A stretch of DNA of 64,000 nt from Trueperaceae bacterium (GCA_034520945.1 JAXHNB010000005.1:480001-544000), one strand, 5' to 3'; numbered from the stretch's first letter, positions 12,260 through 25,399 are shown. The notes: generated from the sequence alone by a model not told the origin. Made by a program: numbers and translations.

Positions 12260-12335
12260 CGACAACACAGACATCGTGTTTCAGGGGCGCAGGCCGGCGG
12301 AATGGCCGCCGGAACCACCCCCACGGAGGTACAAG

Positions 12336-12731
12336 GTGCACTCTGATCCCATTGCCGACATGCTGAACCGGATCCGCAACGCCGTGGCCGTCGGCCACGC
12401 GCACGTGGACGTCCCCGCCAGCAAGTTCAAGCGCGCCCTCGCCGAGCTGCTGGTCCGCGAGGGCTACCTGAAGGACGCCCGGACCGTCGAGGTCGGCGGG
12501 CACCCCGTGCTCCGCATCGGCCTCAAGTACGGTCCGCGCCGCAAGCCCATCATTCACCAGTTGAGCCGGTTGTCGACGCCCGGCCGCCGCGCGTACACCA
12601 AGTCCAAGCACGTCCCCACGGTGCGGGGCGGCCTCGGGGTCGCCATCGTGTCGACCTCGCAGGGGTTGATGCCCGACCGCGAGGCGCGCCGCGCCGGCAT
12701 GGGCGGCGAACTCGTCTGCGAGGTGTGGTGA
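12336..12731 (+). CDS. rpsH: 30S ribosomal protein S8
   Basis: SDPIADMLNRIRN and GLGVAIVSTSQG motifs; SD GGAGG before the GTG. Confidence 0.97.
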   Translation: MHSDPIADMLNRIRNAVAVGHAHVDVPASKFKRALAELLVREGYLKDARTVEVGGHPVLRIGLKYGPRRKPIIHQLSRLSTPGRRAYTKSKHVPTVRGGLGVAIVSTSQGLMPDREARRAGMGGELVCEVW

Positions 12732-13273
12732 TGTCTCGGATCGGGCGTTGGCCGATTCCGGTCCCCTCGGGGGTCCAGGTGTCCGTGAAGGGCACCAATG
12801 TGCACGTCGAGGGCCCCAAGGGCCAACTCGACGTCGACATCAGTCCCCGCATCCGCGTCGAAGCGGACGAGGACGGCACGCTGACCTTCCACCGTCCCAG
12901 CGACCACCGCGACGACCGTGCGCAGCACGGCCTGGCGCGGAGCCTGGTCGCCAACGCCATCAAAGGCGTGAACGAAGGGTTCGTGAAGCGCCTGGAGATC
13001 CAGGGGGTCGGCTACCGCTGCCAGATGAAGGGCGCGGCCCTGGAACTGGCCGTCGGGTACTCGCACCCCGCCCGCATCGAACCGCCCGAGGGCGTCAGCA
13101 TCGACGCGCCACAACCGACGCGGATCGAGATCCGCGGCATCGACAAGCAGGCCGTCGGTCAGGTCGCCGCCGACATCCGCGCCGTCCGTCCGCCCGACGC
13201 CTATCACGGCAAGGGCGTGCGCTACGAGGGCGAACGCGTGCGACTCAAGGCCGGCAAGGCCGCGTCCCGTTGA
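12731..13273 (+). CDS. rplF: 50S ribosomal protein L6
   Basis: [15 protein letters not shown] and [13 protein letters not shown] motifs. Confidence 0.97.
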   Translation: MSRIGRWPIPVPSGVQVSVKGTNVHVEGPKGQLDVDISPRIRVEADEDGTLTFHRPSDHRDDRAQHGLARSLVANAIKGVNEGFVKRLEIQGVGYRCQMKGAALELAVGYSHPARIEPPEGVSIDAPQPTRIEIRGIDKQAVGQVAADIRAVRPPDAYHGKGVRYEGERVRLKAGKAASR

Positions 13274-13293
13274 GCCGGAAGGGGTAGGCAGAG

Positions 13294-13641
13294 ATGAACG
13301 AACGTACCGCCAGACAGCGTCGCACCCTCCGGACCCGGCGCAGGATCCGCCGCCCGGTCGAGACCGGCCGGCTGCGGTTGTCGGTGTTCCGGAGCGCGCG
13401 CTACATCTACGCCCAGGTCATCGACGACCGCACGGGCACCACGGTCGCCCAGGCCAACAGCAAGGGCCTGGACGTGGAAGGCGACAAGACGACCCAAGCG
13501 AGCGCGGTCGGCAAAACGTTGGCCGAGCGCGCCCAGGAGGCCGGCGTACGCCGCGTCGTGTTCGATCGCGGTCCGTACCGGTTCCATGGCCGCGTCAAGG
13601 CGCTGGCCGACGGCGCCCGCGAGGGAGGACTCGAGTTCTGA
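13294..13641 (+). CDS. rplR: 50S ribosomal protein L18
   Basis: [15 protein letters not shown] and VVFDRG...HGRVKALAD motifs. Confidence 0.97.
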   Translation: MNERTARQRRTLRTRRRIRRPVETGRLRLSVFRSARYIYAQVIDDRTGTTVAQANSKGLDVEGDKTTQASAVGKTLAERAQEAGVRRVVFDRGPYRFHGRVKALADGAREGGLEF

Positions 13642-14114
13642 TGGCTGAACAAGACTTCGAAGACAAGGTCATTTTCATCCGCCGCACCGCCAAGACCTAC
13701 AAGGGCGGCAGGCGGTTCCGCTTCGGCGCCATGGTGGTGATCGGGGACCGGCAGGGACGCGTCGGCGTCGGCCTGGGCAAAGCCAAGGAGGTTCCGATCG
13801 CGGTCCAGAAGGGCCAGTACTTCGCGCGCCGCAACCTGATCGAAGTGCCGATCGAGGAGCCCGGCACCATCCCGCACGAGGTGCTCGGCGCGCACGGCAC
13901 CAGCCGCGTGATGCTGAAGCCCGCGGGCGCCGGCACCGGCGTGATCGCCGGCAGCGTGCCGCGCGCGATCGTGGAGCTGGCCGGCTACAGCAATCTGCTG
14001 ACCAAGGAGTTGGGCTCCCGCAACCAGACCAACGTCGCCTACGCCGTGGTGGACGGGCTGAAGCAGCTGACCACCTACGCCGAGTTGAAGGCCGAGCGAG
14101 AGCGGGCGGAGTGA
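13641..14114 (+). CDS. rpsE: 30S ribosomal protein S5
   Basis: [15 protein letters not shown] and GTGVIAG motifs. Confidence 0.97.
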   Translation: MAEQDFEDKVIFIRRTAKTYKGGRRFRFGAMVVIGDRQGRVGVGLGKAKEVPIAVQKGQYFARRNLIEVPIEEPGTIPHEVLGAHGTSRVMLKPAGAGTGVIAGSVPRAIVELAGYSNLLTKELGSRNQTNVAYAVVDGLKQLTTYAELKAERERAE

Positions 14115-14290
14115 TGCGCCTCACCCTCACGCGCAGCCTGATCGGGGTGCCCCGCGACCAACGCGCCACCGTGCGCGCGCTCGGGCTCCGCAAGACCGGC
14201 GACAGCCGCGAGGTGACCGACACGCCTGACGTCCAGGGGATGGTGCGCAAGGTCGCCTACCTGCTGGAGATCGAGGAGGACGTGAAGTGA
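14114..14290 (+). CDS. rpmD: 50S ribosomal protein L30 (absent from ORF track; 58 aa)
   Basis: Manual translation [27 protein letters not shown]...GMVRKVAYLL; lies between rpsE and rplO. Confidence 0.95.
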   Translation: MRLTLTRSLIGVPRDQRATVRALGLRKTGDSREVTDTPDVQGMVRKVAYLLEIEEDVK

Positions 14291-14748
14291 AGCTGAACGA
14301 ACTCGGACCCCCCCGCGGCAGCAAGCCGCGCCGCAGGCGGGTGGGACGTGGCATCGGAAGCGGGCACGGCAAGACGGCCGGCCGCGGCCACAACGGCCAG
14401 AAGTCGCGCAGCGGCTTCAGCCAGAGCGGCGGTTGGGAAGGTGGCCGCTCCACCCTGATCATGCGCCTGCCCAAGCGTGGCTTCAACCGCGTGAAGGAGC
14501 CCGTGCAGATCGTGAACGTGGAGGACCTGAACCGCTTCGACGACGGCGCCACCGTCGATGCCGCCCTGCTGGCCCAAAGCGGCCTGGTGCGCCACGCGGA
14601 GCGGCCCATCAAGCTGCTCGGCGACGGCACGCTGGAGCGGCGCCTCACCGTCTCGCTGGACGCGGTCAGCCGTAGCGCGGCCGCCGCGGTGAGCGATGCG
14701 GGCGGGACGGTCCGCGGCGGCGCGGGCGAAGAAGAGGCGTTGGGCTGA
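14287..14748 (+). CDS. rplO: 50S ribosomal protein L15
   Basis: RVGRGIGSGHGKTAGRGHNGQKSRSG and RLPKRGF motifs. Confidence 0.97.
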   Translation: MKLNELGPPRGSKPRRRRVGRGIGSGHGKTAGRGHNGQKSRSGFSQSGGWEGGRSTLIMRLPKRGFNRVKEPVQIVNVEDLNRFDDGATVDAALLAQSGLVRHAERPIKLLGDGTLERRLTVSLDAVSRSAAAAVSDAGGTVRGGAGEEEALG

Positions 14749-16067
14749 TGCTGGCAGCCTTCCGCAACGCCGCGGCCATTCCGGCCCTGCGCGCCAAGCT
14801 GCTGGTCGTCATCGGCCTTCTGGCCGTGTACCGGTTGCTGGTGTTCATCCCCACGCCGGGGATCGACATCGACCGGCTGCGGGAGGGGAACTTCGGTCAG
14901 GGGGACATCTTCACCCTGCTCAACTTCATTTCGGGCGGCAACTTCGAGGTGTTCTCGATCGCGGCGCTCGGCGTCATCCCCTACATCACCGCCAGCATCA
15001 TCGTGCAGCTGCTCCAATCCACCTGGCCCCCGCTCGAGAAGCTGGCCAAGGAGGGCGAAGAGGGCCGCCGCAAGATCACCCAGTACACCCGCTACGGCGC
15101 GATCGGCCTCGGCGCCATCCAGGCCGTGTTCCTCGCCATCGCCCTGCTCGGGCCGTCCGGCGCCCTCAAGGTCGGCTGGAGCAACGGCCCGTTCTTCTGG
15201 TTCATCGTGCTGGTCACGCAGGTCGCCGGCATCTCGCTGGTGATGTGGCTGGGCGAGAAGATCAGCGAGCACGGGATCGGGAACGGCATCTCGCTGATCA
15301 TCTACGCCGGCATCGTCGCGGCCTTCCCCAGCGCCATCGCGCAGCAGTTCGCGCTGATCGGACGAGGGGAGGGCAACCTGTTCGGGTTGCTGTTCTTCTT
15401 CGCCTTCCTGATCATCGCCCTGGCGGGGATGGTGCTGGTGCAACAGGCCGAGAGGCGCATCCCGGTGCAGTACGCCCGCAAGGTCGTGGGGCGCCGCGTG
15501 ATGGGCGGGCAGTCGACCTACATCCCGTTGCGGATGAACGCGGCCGGCGTGATTCCGATCATCTTCGCCGTGTCGATCATCATCCTGCCGCAGACGATCA
15601 TCGGCGCCTTTCCCGACCTCGGCTGGCTGCAGGCGATCGGCGCGTGGTTCAACCCCGCCCAGTGGCAGGGGTTGATCACCTCGACCGTGATGATCGTGGC
15701 GTTCACCTACTTCTACACCCAGATCAGCTTCGATCCCCGCCGCATCAGCGAGAACCTGCGCGAGTACGGCGGCTTCGTGCCGGGCGTCCGGCCCGGCCAA
15801 CCGACCACGGAGCACCTCACCCGCATCACCAGCCGCATCACGCTGTGGGGGGCGCTGTTCCTCGGCGCCGTCAACGCGTTGCCGCAGACGTTGGCGTGGC
15901 TGACCGGCACCGGGCAGTTGTCGTTCGTGTTCAGCGGCATCGGCCTGCTGATCATGGTCAGCGTGGCGCTCGACACGCTCCGGCAGCTCGAGTCGCAGCT
16001 GATGATGCGTCACTACGAAGGGTTCGTCTCCAAGGGTCGAATCCGCGGTCGCGGGCGGCGCTTCTGA
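14748..16067 (+). CDS. secY: Preprotein translocase subunit SecY
   Basis: ALGVIPYITASII, GIGNGISLII and AGVIPIIFA motifs; multiple hydrophobic segments. Confidence 0.98.
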   Translation: MLAAFRNAAAIPALRAKLLVVIGLLAVYRLLVFIPTPGIDIDRLREGNFGQGDIFTLLNFISGGNFEVFSIAALGVIPYITASIIVQLLQSTWPPLEKLAKEGEEGRRKITQYTRYGAIGLGAIQAVFLAIALLGPSGALKVGWSNGPFFWFIVLVTQVAGISLVMWLGEKISEHGIGNGISLIIYAGIVAAFPSAIAQQFALIGRGEGNLFGLLFFFAFLIIALAGMVLVQQAERRIPVQYARKVVGRRVMGGQSTYIPLRMNAAGVIPIIFAVSIIILPQTIIGAFPDLGWLQAIGAWFNPAQWQGLITSTVMIVAFTYFYTQISFDPRRISENLREYGGFVPGVRPGQPTTEHLTRITSRITLWGALFLGAVNALPQTLAWLTGTGQLSFVFSGIGLLIMVSVALDTLRQLESQLMMRHYEGFVSKGRIRGRGRRF

Positions 16068-16633
16068 TGGCGTCCCAGGTCGTGCTGCTGATGGGGCCCC
16101 CCGGCGCGGGCAAGGGGACGCAGGCCAGCGCCCTGGCCGAGGTCGAGGGTTTGCGCAAGCTGTCCACCGGCGACATGTTGCGCGATCACGTCTCCCGCGG
16201 GACCGAGCTGGGGGCAAAGGCCAAGGCGATCATGGAGGCCGGCGAGCTGGTGCCGGACGACCTGATCACCGCGATGGTCCGGGACGAGCTCGCGGGAATG
16301 GACGAGGTCCGCGTGCTGTTCGACGGCTTTCCCCGCACGCCGGGCCAGGCCGAGGCGCTGGACGAACTGCTGGGGAAGGCCGGCGCGTCGCTCGACGCCG
16401 CCGTATTGCTGGAGGTGTCGGACGAGGAGCTGGTGCGACGGCTCACGCTCCGCGGCGAGCAGGAAGGCCGGAGCGACGACGACGAGGCCACCGTCCGCAG
16501 GCGGATGAAGGTGTATCGCGACACCACCGCGCCGCTGCTGGCGTTCTACGAGGCGCGCGGCACGCTGCACCGCGTGGACGGGACCGGCTCGGTCAGTGAG
16601 GTCACCGAACGGATCCGCGGGGTGCTGGCTTGA
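16067..16633 (+). CDS. adk: Adenylate kinase (short LID)
   Basis: GPPGAGKGTQA, STGDMLR and DGFPRT motifs. Confidence 0.97.
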   Translation: MASQVVLLMGPPGAGKGTQASALAEVEGLRKLSTGDMLRDHVSRGTELGAKAKAIMEAGELVPDDLITAMVRDELAGMDEVRVLFDGFPRTPGQAEALDELLGKAGASLDAAVLLEVSDEELVRRLTLRGEQEGRSDDDEATVRRRMKVYRDTTAPLLAFYEARGTLHRVDGTGSVSEVTERIRGVLA

Positions 16634-17415
16634 ACCTCAAACGCCCAAGCGAAATCGACGCCATGCGCGCTGCCGCCAAGATCAACCGGGCGGCCCTCGA
16701 GGCCGTCGAGACGCGGATCGCCCCCGGCGTGTCCACGATGGAGTTGAACGACGTGGCCGAAGCGGCTATTCTAGAGGGCGGCGGTACGCCTGCCTTCAAG
16801 GGGTACCGCGGCTTCCCCGCGACGCTGTGCACCTCGGTGGGGGAGGTCGTCGTCCACGGCATTCCGGACGATCGACCGCTCCAGGAGGGGGACATCGTGT
16901 CGGTCGACGTGGGGACGTTCTACCGGGGCTACGCCGCCGACATGGCGCGCACGTACGCGATCGGCACGGTCTCGGACGAGGTCCAGCAGTTGCTGGACGT
17001 GACGGAGCGGTCCCTCTACGCCGGCATCGCGCGCGCCCGCCCCGGGGAGCGCCTCGGCGACGTCTCCGCGGCCATTCAGGACGTCGTCGAGTCGGCGGGG
17101 ATGTGGGTCATCCGCGAGTTCGTGGGACACGGAATCGGCCGTGAATTCCACGAACAACCGGACGTCCCCAACTTCGGGCGAGCCGGTACCGGGCCGGTGA
17201 TGCGCCCTGGGCTGGTCCTGGCGATCGAGCCGATGGTGTCGCTTTCGCGGGCCGCGGTGGTGGTCGCGGACGACGGCTGGACCGCGTCGACCGAGACGGG
17301 CGTGCCAGCCGCACACTTCGAGCACACCGTGGCCGTCACCGACGACGGGCCACGCATCTTGACCCAGGCCGATTCGCGCTCAGGGGTCGCGCAGGGAGGA
17401 ACGCATGGCGCGTAG
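16630..17415 (+). CDS. map: Methionine aminopeptidase type I
   Basis: [21 protein letters not shown] and AHFEHTV motifs; TTG start overlapping the adk stop. Confidence 0.96.
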   Translation: MNLKRPSEIDAMRAAAKINRAALEAVETRIAPGVSTMELNDVAEAAILEGGGTPAFKGYRGFPATLCTSVGEVVVHGIPDDRPLQEGDIVSVDVGTFYRGYAADMARTYAIGTVSDEVQQLLDVTERSLYAGIARARPGERLGDVSAAIQDVVESAGMWVIREFVGHGIGREFHEQPDVPNFGRAGTGPVMRPGLVLAIEPMVSLSRAAVVVADDGWTASTETGVPAAHFEHTVAVTDDGPRILTQADSRSGVAQGGTHGA

Positions 17416-17701
17416 ACGAGGAGGCGGACGGGGGCGTCGCAAGAGCGGCGGCCGCGGCCGAGCCGAGAACCGCCAGAAAGGGAACGAGACCACCCAGGAC
17501 TCGATCCGGACCGAAGGCGTCGTCCTCGAGGCGCGTCCCAACACGACCTTCCTGGTGCAGCTCGACGCGGGCCCCGACATCCTCGCTCACGTCGGCGGCA
17601 AGATGCGCCGCCACTACATCCGTATTCTCCCCGGTGACCGTGTCGTGGTCGAAATCAGCACCTACGATCCGGAAAAGGGCCGGATCGTGTACAGAAAGTA
17701 G
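17405..17701 (+). CDS. infA: Translation initiation factor IF-1 with an Arg/Gly-rich N-terminal extension
   Basis: [16 protein letters not shown] and KGRIVYR motifs; SD GGGAGGA before ATG 17405. Confidence 0.93.
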   Translation: MARRRGGGRGRRKSGGRGRAENRQKGNETTQDSIRTEGVVLEARPNTTFLVQLDAGPDILAHVGGKMRRHYIRILPGDRVVVEISTYDPEKGRIVYRK

Positions 17702-17709
17702 GAGCCGCC

Positions 17710-17826
17710 ATGAAAGTACGCGCCAGCGTGAAACCAATGTGTGCGAGCTGCAAAGTGATCCGGCGGGCCGGGCGGGTCTACGTGATCTGCTCCTCGAACC
17801 CGAAGCACAAGCAGAGGCAGGGGTAG
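17710..17826 (+). CDS. rpmJ: 50S ribosomal protein L36 (absent from ORF track)
   Basis: Manual translation [38 protein letters not shown]. Confidence 0.97.
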   Translation: MKVRASVKPMCASCKVIRRAGRVYVICSSNPKHKQRQG

Positions 17827-17829
17827 CGA

Positions 17830-18210
17830 ATGGCACGAATCGCAGGCATCGATCTTCCGCGGGAGAAGCGCGTCGAGTTCGCGCTCCCCTACATCTACGG
17901 CATCGGCGTGTCGCGTGCGCGTGCCATCCTCGACAGCGCGGAGGTCGATCCCGACACGCGCGTCAAGGACCTCGCCGAATCCGAAGTCGCCCGCTTGCGC
18001 GAGGTCGTCGACGCCCAGTACAAGGTCGAGGGCGATCTGCGTCGCGAGGTGCAGCTCAACATCAAGCGGCTGATGGACATCGGCAGCTACCGCGGGCTTC
18101 GTCACCGCCGGGGGCTCCCCGTCCGTGGCCAGTCCACCAAGACCAACGCGCGCACCCGGAAGGGGCCGCGCCGCACCGTCGCCGGCAAGAAGAAGGCGCC
18201 GAGGAAGTAG
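17830..18210 (+). CDS. rpsM: 30S ribosomal protein S13
   Basis: [10 protein letters not shown] and [15 protein letters not shown] motifs. Confidence 0.98.
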   Translation: MARIAGIDLPREKRVEFALPYIYGIGVSRARAILDSAEVDPDTRVKDLAESEVARLREVVDAQYKVEGDLRREVQLNIKRLMDIGSYRGLRHRRGLPVRGQSTKTNARTRKGPRRTVAGKKKAPRK

Positions 18211-18223
18211 GGGAGGCCGACTC

Positions 18224-18622
18224 GTGGCGAAGCAACAGACCAAGAGCGCGAAGCCGCGCCGGCGCACCAGGCGTACGCTGGCGGAGGGCAAGGCGTTCAT
18301 TCACGCCAGCTACAACAACACCATCATCACCATCACCGATCCCGAAGGGAACACGGTCGCATGGTCGTCGTCGGGGTCGATCGGGTACAAGGGGTCGAAG
18401 AAGGGCACGCCGTACGCGGCCCAGTTGGCCGCGGCGGACGCCACCCGCAAGGCGCAGAACATGGGCCTGGCGACCCTGGACATCGTGATCCGCGGCACCG
18501 GCTCGGGTCGCGAGCAGGCGATCCGCTCGATCCAGGCGACCGGCGTCACCGTCCGCACGATCATCGACGACACCCCCACGCCGCACAACGGCTGCCGACT
18601 TCGCAAGCGGCGCCGGCAGTAG
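18224..18622 (+). CDS. rpsK: 30S ribosomal protein S11
   Basis: ASYNNTIITITD, KGTPYAAQ and TPTPHNGCR motifs. Confidence 0.97.
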   Translation: MAKQQTKSAKPRRRTRRTLAEGKAFIHASYNNTIITITDPEGNTVAWSSSGSIGYKGSKKGTPYAAQLAAADATRKAQNMGLATLDIVIRGTGSGREQAIRSIQATGVTVRTIIDDTPTPHNGCRLRKRRRQ

Positions 18623-18634
18623 GGCAGGAGGATC

Positions 18635-19252
18635 ATGGGCCGATACACAGGACCGATCGTCAAGATCTGCCGCCGCGAAGGGGTGAACCTCGTCGAGACC
18701 CCCAAGGCGCAGAAGTACATGGAACGCCGGCCGTACCCCCCCGGCGAGCACGGCCAGCGCCGTCGCCGCCGCATCAGCGACTACGGGGTGCGCCTGCGCG
18801 AGAAGCAGAAGCTTCGCTTCTTGTACAACCTCTCCGAGAAGCAGTTCGCCAACCTGTTCGTCGAGGCGTCGAAGAAGAAGGGCGCGACGGGAACCGTGTT
18901 CCTGCAACTCCTCGAACGACGGCTGGACAACGTGGTGTACCGGATGGGCATCGCGCACACCCGGCGGCAGGCACGCCAGTTCGTGGCGCACCGCCACATC
19001 GCCGTGAACGGCCGGCGCATCGACGTGCCGTCCTACCGCGTGCAGCCGGGCGACGAGATCGCCGTGGTGGAGCGCTCCAAGAAGAATCCGCACGTCAAAC
19101 AGAACGTCGAGGACCGCCAGCGCGGCAAGACCGTGCCGTGGTTGGACTTCGACCCGGAGAGCCTGAAGGGCGTGTTCCGGCACGTCCCCTCGCGCGAGGA
19201 CATCGTCGTCCCCGTCAACGAGCTGCAGGTCATCGAGTACTACTCGCGTTGA
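18635..19252 (+). CDS. rpsD: 30S ribosomal protein S4
   Basis: [21 protein letters not shown] and IEYYSR motifs. Confidence 0.98.
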   Translation: MGRYTGPIVKICRREGVNLVETPKAQKYMERRPYPPGEHGQRRRRRISDYGVRLREKQKLRFLYNLSEKQFANLFVEASKKKGATGTVFLQLLERRLDNVVYRMGIAHTRRQARQFVAHRHIAVNGRRIDVPSYRVQPGDEIAVVERSKKNPHVKQNVEDRQRGKTVPWLDFDPESLKGVFRHVPSREDIVVPVNELQVIEYYSR

Positions 19253-19269
19253 GCCGCTAGGAGACAAGC

Positions 19270-20208
19270 GTGCAGATCATCCCCGAATTCAAGGCCAAGG
19301 CCACGGAGTCGTACGGCGAGTTCGTGGTGGAGCCGTTGCAGCGCGGCTTCGGCGTCACCCTGGGGAACCCCCTACGGCGCATCCTCCTCTCCTCGATCCC
19401 CGGCACGGCGGTCACCAGCGTGTACATCGAGGACGTGCTCCACGAGTTCTCCACCATCGACGGCATCAAAGAGGACGTCATGCAGATCGTCCTCAACCTG
19501 AAACAACTCGTGGTCAAGCTGTTCGATGACGAGCCGGTCACCCTCACCCTCCGCAGCGAGGGGGCGGGCACCGTCACCGCCGGCGACCTGGACGTCCCCA
19601 TGGGCGCCGAGGTCGTCAATCCCGACCTGTACATCGCCACGCTGGGCGAGAAGGCCAAGCTGGTGATGGAGGTCCGCGTCGATCCCGGCGTGGGCTACGT
19701 GCCCTCCGAGCTGCTGCACGGCCACAAGGACCGCATCAACTCGATCCCCGTCGACGCCGTGTTCACGCCCGTGCGCCGCGTCGCCTACCGCGTGGAGGAC
19801 ACGCGCGTGGGGCAGAAGACCGACCTCGACCGGTTGGTGATCCGGGTGTGGACCGACGGCAGCGTCGCGCCTCGCGACGCGTTGGACCAATCGGTCGAGA
19901 TCCTGCGCGGTCAGCTGAACGTGTTCGGGGGCGACGGCGTGCAGGTCGAAGAGGACGTGCCGGTCGTGACCATTCCCACCCCCGCCGGCGAGCCGGTCCC
20001 CGAGGACGAGCCGCCCCGGCTGAACCTCGAGAGCCTCGAGCTGTCCAATCGTGTGCTGCACTCGCTGCAGGAAGAGGGCATCGACTCCGTCAACGCCCTG
20101 ATGGCGCTGTCGGAACGCGACCTCAAACGCGTCAGCGGCATCGGCGAAAAGTCGCTCGAAGAGATCCGCGAACGGCTGTCCGCCCGCGGCATGAAACTGA
20201 AGGAGTGA
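19270..20208 (+). CDS. rpoA: RNA polymerase alpha subunit
   Basis: [20 protein letters not shown] and HEFSTI motifs; alpha-[13 protein letters not shown]. Confidence 0.98.
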   Translation: MQIIPEFKAKATESYGEFVVEPLQRGFGVTLGNPLRRILLSSIPGTAVTSVYIEDVLHEFSTIDGIKEDVMQIVLNLKQLVVKLFDDEPVTLTLRSEGAGTVTAGDLDVPMGAEVVNPDLYIATLGEKAKLVMEVRVDPGVGYVPSELLHGHKDRINSIPVDAVFTPVRRVAYRVEDTRVGQKTDLDRLVIRVWTDGSVAPRDALDQSVEILRGQLNVFGGDGVQVEEDVPVVTIPTPAGEPVPEDEPPRLNLESLELSNRVLHSLQEEGIDSVNALMALSERDLKRVSGIGEKSLEEIRERLSARGMKLKE

Positions 20209-20212
20209 GATC

Positions 20213-20575
20213 GTGCGTCACCAGACCGCCGGACGGAAGCTGAACCGGACCAGCAGTCACCGCGTCGCCCTGGCCCGCAGCCAGGCGACCGCGCTGTTGC
20301 GCCACGGCCGCATCAAGACCACCTTGAGCAAGGCGAAGAACCTGGCGCCCTACGTCGAGAAGCTCATCACCACCGCCCGCGGCGGCGACCTGCACGCGCG
20401 GCGCCTGGTCGCGCGCGAAATCCACGACCGCGAGGTGCTGAGCAAGCTGATGAGCGAGATCGGCCCGCGCTACCAGGACCGCAAGGGCGGCTACACCCGC
20501 ATCTACCGCCTGCAGCCGCGCCGCGGCGACGCCGTGCAGGAGGCGCTGATCGAGCTGGTGAACGACGAGGCCTGA
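20213..20575 (+). CDS. rplQ: 50S ribosomal protein L17
   Basis: MRH...[15 protein letters not shown] and RRGDA motifs. Confidence 0.98.
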   Translation: MRHQTAGRKLNRTSSHRVALARSQATALLRHGRIKTTLSKAKNLAPYVEKLITTARGGDLHARRLVAREIHDREVLSKLMSEIGPRYQDRKGGYTRIYRLQPRRGDAVQEALIELVNDEA

Positions 20576-20590
20576 GCGGGGTCGGTCCGC

Positions 20591-21754
20591 TCAGGCGTGG
20601 GCCCGCAGCGCGGCCGCGAAGCTGGCGCCCGGCCCGTCCCAGCGCACGGCGCACGCCTCGGCGATCGTCGCCCCCAGGTCGGCGAACGAAGCCCGCGTGC
20701 CCAGGTCGCGGCCGGCAGCGCCGTCCGCGTCCGCCAACAGCAGCCCGTACTCCCTCGTGTGGTCGGTGCCGGCCCAGGTGGGGTCGTTGCCGTGGTCGCT
20801 GGTGAGGATGAGCGCGTCGCCCGCCGCCCGCGCCGCCAGAAGCTCCGGCAGGCGCGCGTCGAAGGCGGCCAGCGCCGCCGCGTAGCCGTCCGGGTCCCGC
20901 CGGTGCCCGTAACGGGCGTCGAAATCCACCAGGTTCGTGAACACCAACCCGTCCGGTCGCGCCCGCATCGCCTCCAGCGTGGCGTCCACGCCGGCGTCGT
21001 TGTCGGGCGTGCTCACCGTGCGGGTGATCCCGGAGCCGGCGAAGATGTCGGCGATCTTGCCGATCGCCACCACCTCGCGCCCCGCGCCCGCCAGCGCGTT
21101 CAGCACCGTCCGCGGCGGCGTCAGCGAGTAGTCGTGCCGCGCGCCGTTCAGGCGCTCGTACGCGCCCGGCTCGCCCCGAAACGGCCGCGCGATCACCCGG
21201 GCGACCGCGTTCGGCCCGCGTAGCAGCTCGCGCGCCGCCTCGCACCAGGCGTACAGCGTGTCCAGCGGCACCACGTCCACGTGCGCCGCGACCTGGAACA
21301 CGCTGTCGGCGCTGGTGTACACGATCGGCGCGCCCGTGCGGGCGTGCTCCGGACCGAGCTCTTCGATGATCTCGGTGCCGCTGGCGGGCCGGTTCCCCAG
21401 GTGCGGCCGGCCGGTCGCGGCGTCGAACGCCTCCATGACGGCGTCCGGAAACCGCTGGAAGGTCCGGAACGGCTGGTCCAGCACCACCCCCATGAACTCC
21501 CAATGCCCCGTGGTGGTGTCCTTGCCGGGCGAGCGTTCCCGCATCCGCCCGTACGCCCCGCCGGGCCGCGCGACCGCGGGCACGCTGTGCACGCCCGGCA
21601 CGCACCCCAGGCCCAGGGCGGCCAGGTTCGGCAGCGTCACGCCGGTGCGCGCCAGCGTGTGGTCGAGGGTGTGGGCGCCGGCGTCATTGAACACGTCCGC
21701 GTCCGGTAACGCCCCCACCCCGACCGAATCGAGCACGATCACCGTCAACGTCAT
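20591..21754 (-). CDS. deoB: Phosphopentomutase
   Basis: [34 protein letters not shown] and SDHGNDP...DHTRE motifs; TATGCT 6 nt before ATG. Confidence 0.95.
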   Translation of the reverse strand: MTLTVIVLDSVGVGALPDADVFNDAGAHTLDHTLARTGVTLPNLAALGLGCVPGVHSVPAVARPGGAYGRMRERSPGKDTTTGHWEFMGVVLDQPFRTFQRFPDAVMEAFDAATGRPHLGNRPASGTEIIEELGPEHARTGAPIVYTSADSVFQVAAHVDVVPLDTLYAWCEAARELLRGPNAVARVIARPFRGEPGAYERLNGARHDYSLTPPRTVLNALAGAGREVVAIGKIADIFAGSGITRTVSTPDNDAGVDATLEAMRARPDGLVFTNLVDFDARYGHRRDPDGYAAALAAFDARLPELLAARAAGDALILTSDHGNDPTWAGTDHTREYGLLLADADGAAGRDLGTRASFADLGATIAEACAVRWDGPGASFAAALRAHA

Positions 21755-21791
21755 GGCGGCAGCATACCGGCGGAGTTGCGATACTGCCCAG

Positions 21792-23501
21792 GTGCCCGCC
21801 TCGCCCACGATTCCCGAGCAGATCGCCACCACCCTCCGCTCGCTGGCGCCGCGCGCCAGCGCGGTGGTGGTGGCGGTGTCGGGCGGATCCGACTCCGTCG
21901 CGGTTCTGCGCGCCCTGCACCGGGCCCACGCGGCCGGCGACGCGCCGGCCCTGGTGGCGGCGCACCTCGATCACGGCCTGCGGCCGGCCTCGTCCAGTGA
22001 CGCCGCCTGGGTGCAGGCGTTGTGCGACGCCCTGGCGGTGCCGCTGGCGCGGGAGGCCGTGCGTGTCGGCGAGATCGCGCGGCGCGAAGGCGGCAACGTA
22101 GAAGAGGTCGCCCGAACGCTCCGCTACGCCTTCCTGACGCGCACCGCCAAGGCGCACGGGGCGGACGCGATCGTGACCGGACACACCCGCGACGACGCGG
22201 CCGAGACGGTGCTCCTGCAGCTGCTGCGCGGCAGCGCCCACCCGCGCGGCATCCGGGCGGTGCGCGGTCGGGTGGTGCGGCCGGCCCTGCAGCTGTCCAA
22301 GCGGGACCTGCGTCAGTTTTTGGACGGCTTGGGCCAGTCGTGGCGGGAGGACGCCAGCAACTGGGACGTGTCGGGCGGTGAGCGGGCGTGGATCCGGCAC
22401 GACGTGGTGCCGCGGCTGGAGACGCGCCGACCCGGCGCGGCGGCCCGTCTGGCGCGCTTCGGGCTGCTGCAGCGCGACCAGGCGGAGTTCCTGCGTGCCG
22501 AGGCGGAACGCCGCTTCGGGGCGCGCGGCCCGCTGCCGCGCCGGGCCCTGGCGCTCGCCCCGCGGGCGCTGGCGCGGGAGGCCCTGGCCGGCCGCGTCCG
22601 GGCCGCCGGCGGCACGCTGGACGGGCTGCACCTGGACGCGTTGCTGGACGCCCTGCCGGGCGAGGGCGCGACCCGCCGGGACGTGCCGGGCGGCGTGCGG
22701 GTGCGCATCCTCGGGGGCCGCGTCGAGGTGCTGGCGCGCGGGGCGATGGGCGCCCCCGCCGCGCCCGCGTTCCGGCGCGTCGCCGACCCGGGGGCGCTGC
22801 CGGCGGGCGTGCCGGCCGGCGTGCTGGCGGAGGGTCCCCTCACCCTGCGGGGCTGGCGGCCGGGTGACCGGATCCGGTTGGCGGCCGGCACGCGCACGGT
22901 GGCCGACCTGCTGGGGGAACGCGGCGTGCCCCGCGAGGACCGGCCCGCCGTGCGGGTGCTGGCCCGCGACGACGCGGTGGTCTGGGTCGAGGGGATCGCG
23001 GTGGCCGCGCCCTGGCCGGCCGCCGCGTACGACGCGGACGAACCGTTCATGCGGCGCGCCCTGGCGTGGGCCGACCGCGCCGCGGCGGCCGGGGAGCTGC
23101 CGGTCGGGGCGGTGGTCGTGCGGGACGGCGAGGTCCTGGGGGAAGGGGCCAACGCGCGCGAGGGGAACGCCGACCCCCTCGGCCACGCCGAGACGCTGGC
23201 CATGCGCGCCGCGGCCGCCACCGACGGCGACTGGCGCCTGGCCGGCGCCACGCTGTACGTCACCCTGGAACCGTGTCCCATGTGCGCCGGCGCGATCTTG
23301 CAGTCGCAGCTGGCGCGGGTGGTGTGGGGCGCCGACAACCGGCGCGACGGTGCGTTCGGCAGCGTCGTCGACCTCGGGGCTGGCCCCTGGAAGCGCGTGC
23401 CGGCCCTTCGGGGCGGCGTTCTGGCGCGCGAAGCGGCGCACCGCCTGGCGCGGTTCTTCGCCGCGCGACGCGTCGCGGGGGCGCCGAGCGAGGGGGCGTG
23501 A
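21792..23501 (+). CDS. tilS: TilS-TadA fusion (tRNA-Ile lysidine synthetase + tRNA adenosine deaminase)
   Basis: PP-loop [16 protein letters not shown] and [11 protein letters not shown]-terminal ELPVGAV, HAE and [14 protein letters not shown] in the same frame. Confidence 0.9.
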   Translation: MPASPTIPEQIATTLRSLAPRASAVVVAVSGGSDSVAVLRALHRAHAAGDAPALVAAHLDHGLRPASSSDAAWVQALCDALAVPLAREAVRVGEIARREGGNVEEVARTLRYAFLTRTAKAHGADAIVTGHTRDDAAETVLLQLLRGSAHPRGIRAVRGRVVRPALQLSKRDLRQFLDGLGQSWREDASNWDVSGGERAWIRHDVVPRLETRRPGAAARLARFGLLQRDQAEFLRAEAERRFGARGPLPRRALALAPRALAREALAGRVRAAGGTLDGLHLDALLDALPGEGATRRDVPGGVRVRILGGRVEVLARGAMGAPAAPAFRRVADPGALPAGVPAGVLAEGPLTLRGWRPGDRIRLAAGTRTVADLLGERGVPREDRPAVRVLARDDAVVWVEGIAVAAPWPAAAYDADEPFMRRALAWADRAAAAGELPVGAVVVRDGEVLGEGANAREGNADPLGHAETLAMRAAAATDGDWRLAGATLYVTLEPCPMCAGAILQSQLARVVWGADNRRDGAFGSVVDLGAGPWKRVPALRGGVLAREAAHRLARFFAARRVAGAPSEGA

Positions 23502-23607
23502 ACGCCCCGCCCGCGGGGAGGGCGAAACGCCCTGGACGGTCCGAGCCCGTCCCGAACGGGCTTCCTGGCGATCGGGCCGTGCGGGCCGCGCATGTATGAT
23601 GGTCGGA

Positions 23608-25395
<1,788 letters not shown>

Positions 25396-25399
25396 CCCG

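Noticed and set aside
22378..23607. Long N-terminal extension of LepA (1005-aa ORF)
   Set aside because: It overlaps tilS-tadA out of frame. LepA homology and a -10 box place the start at 23608.
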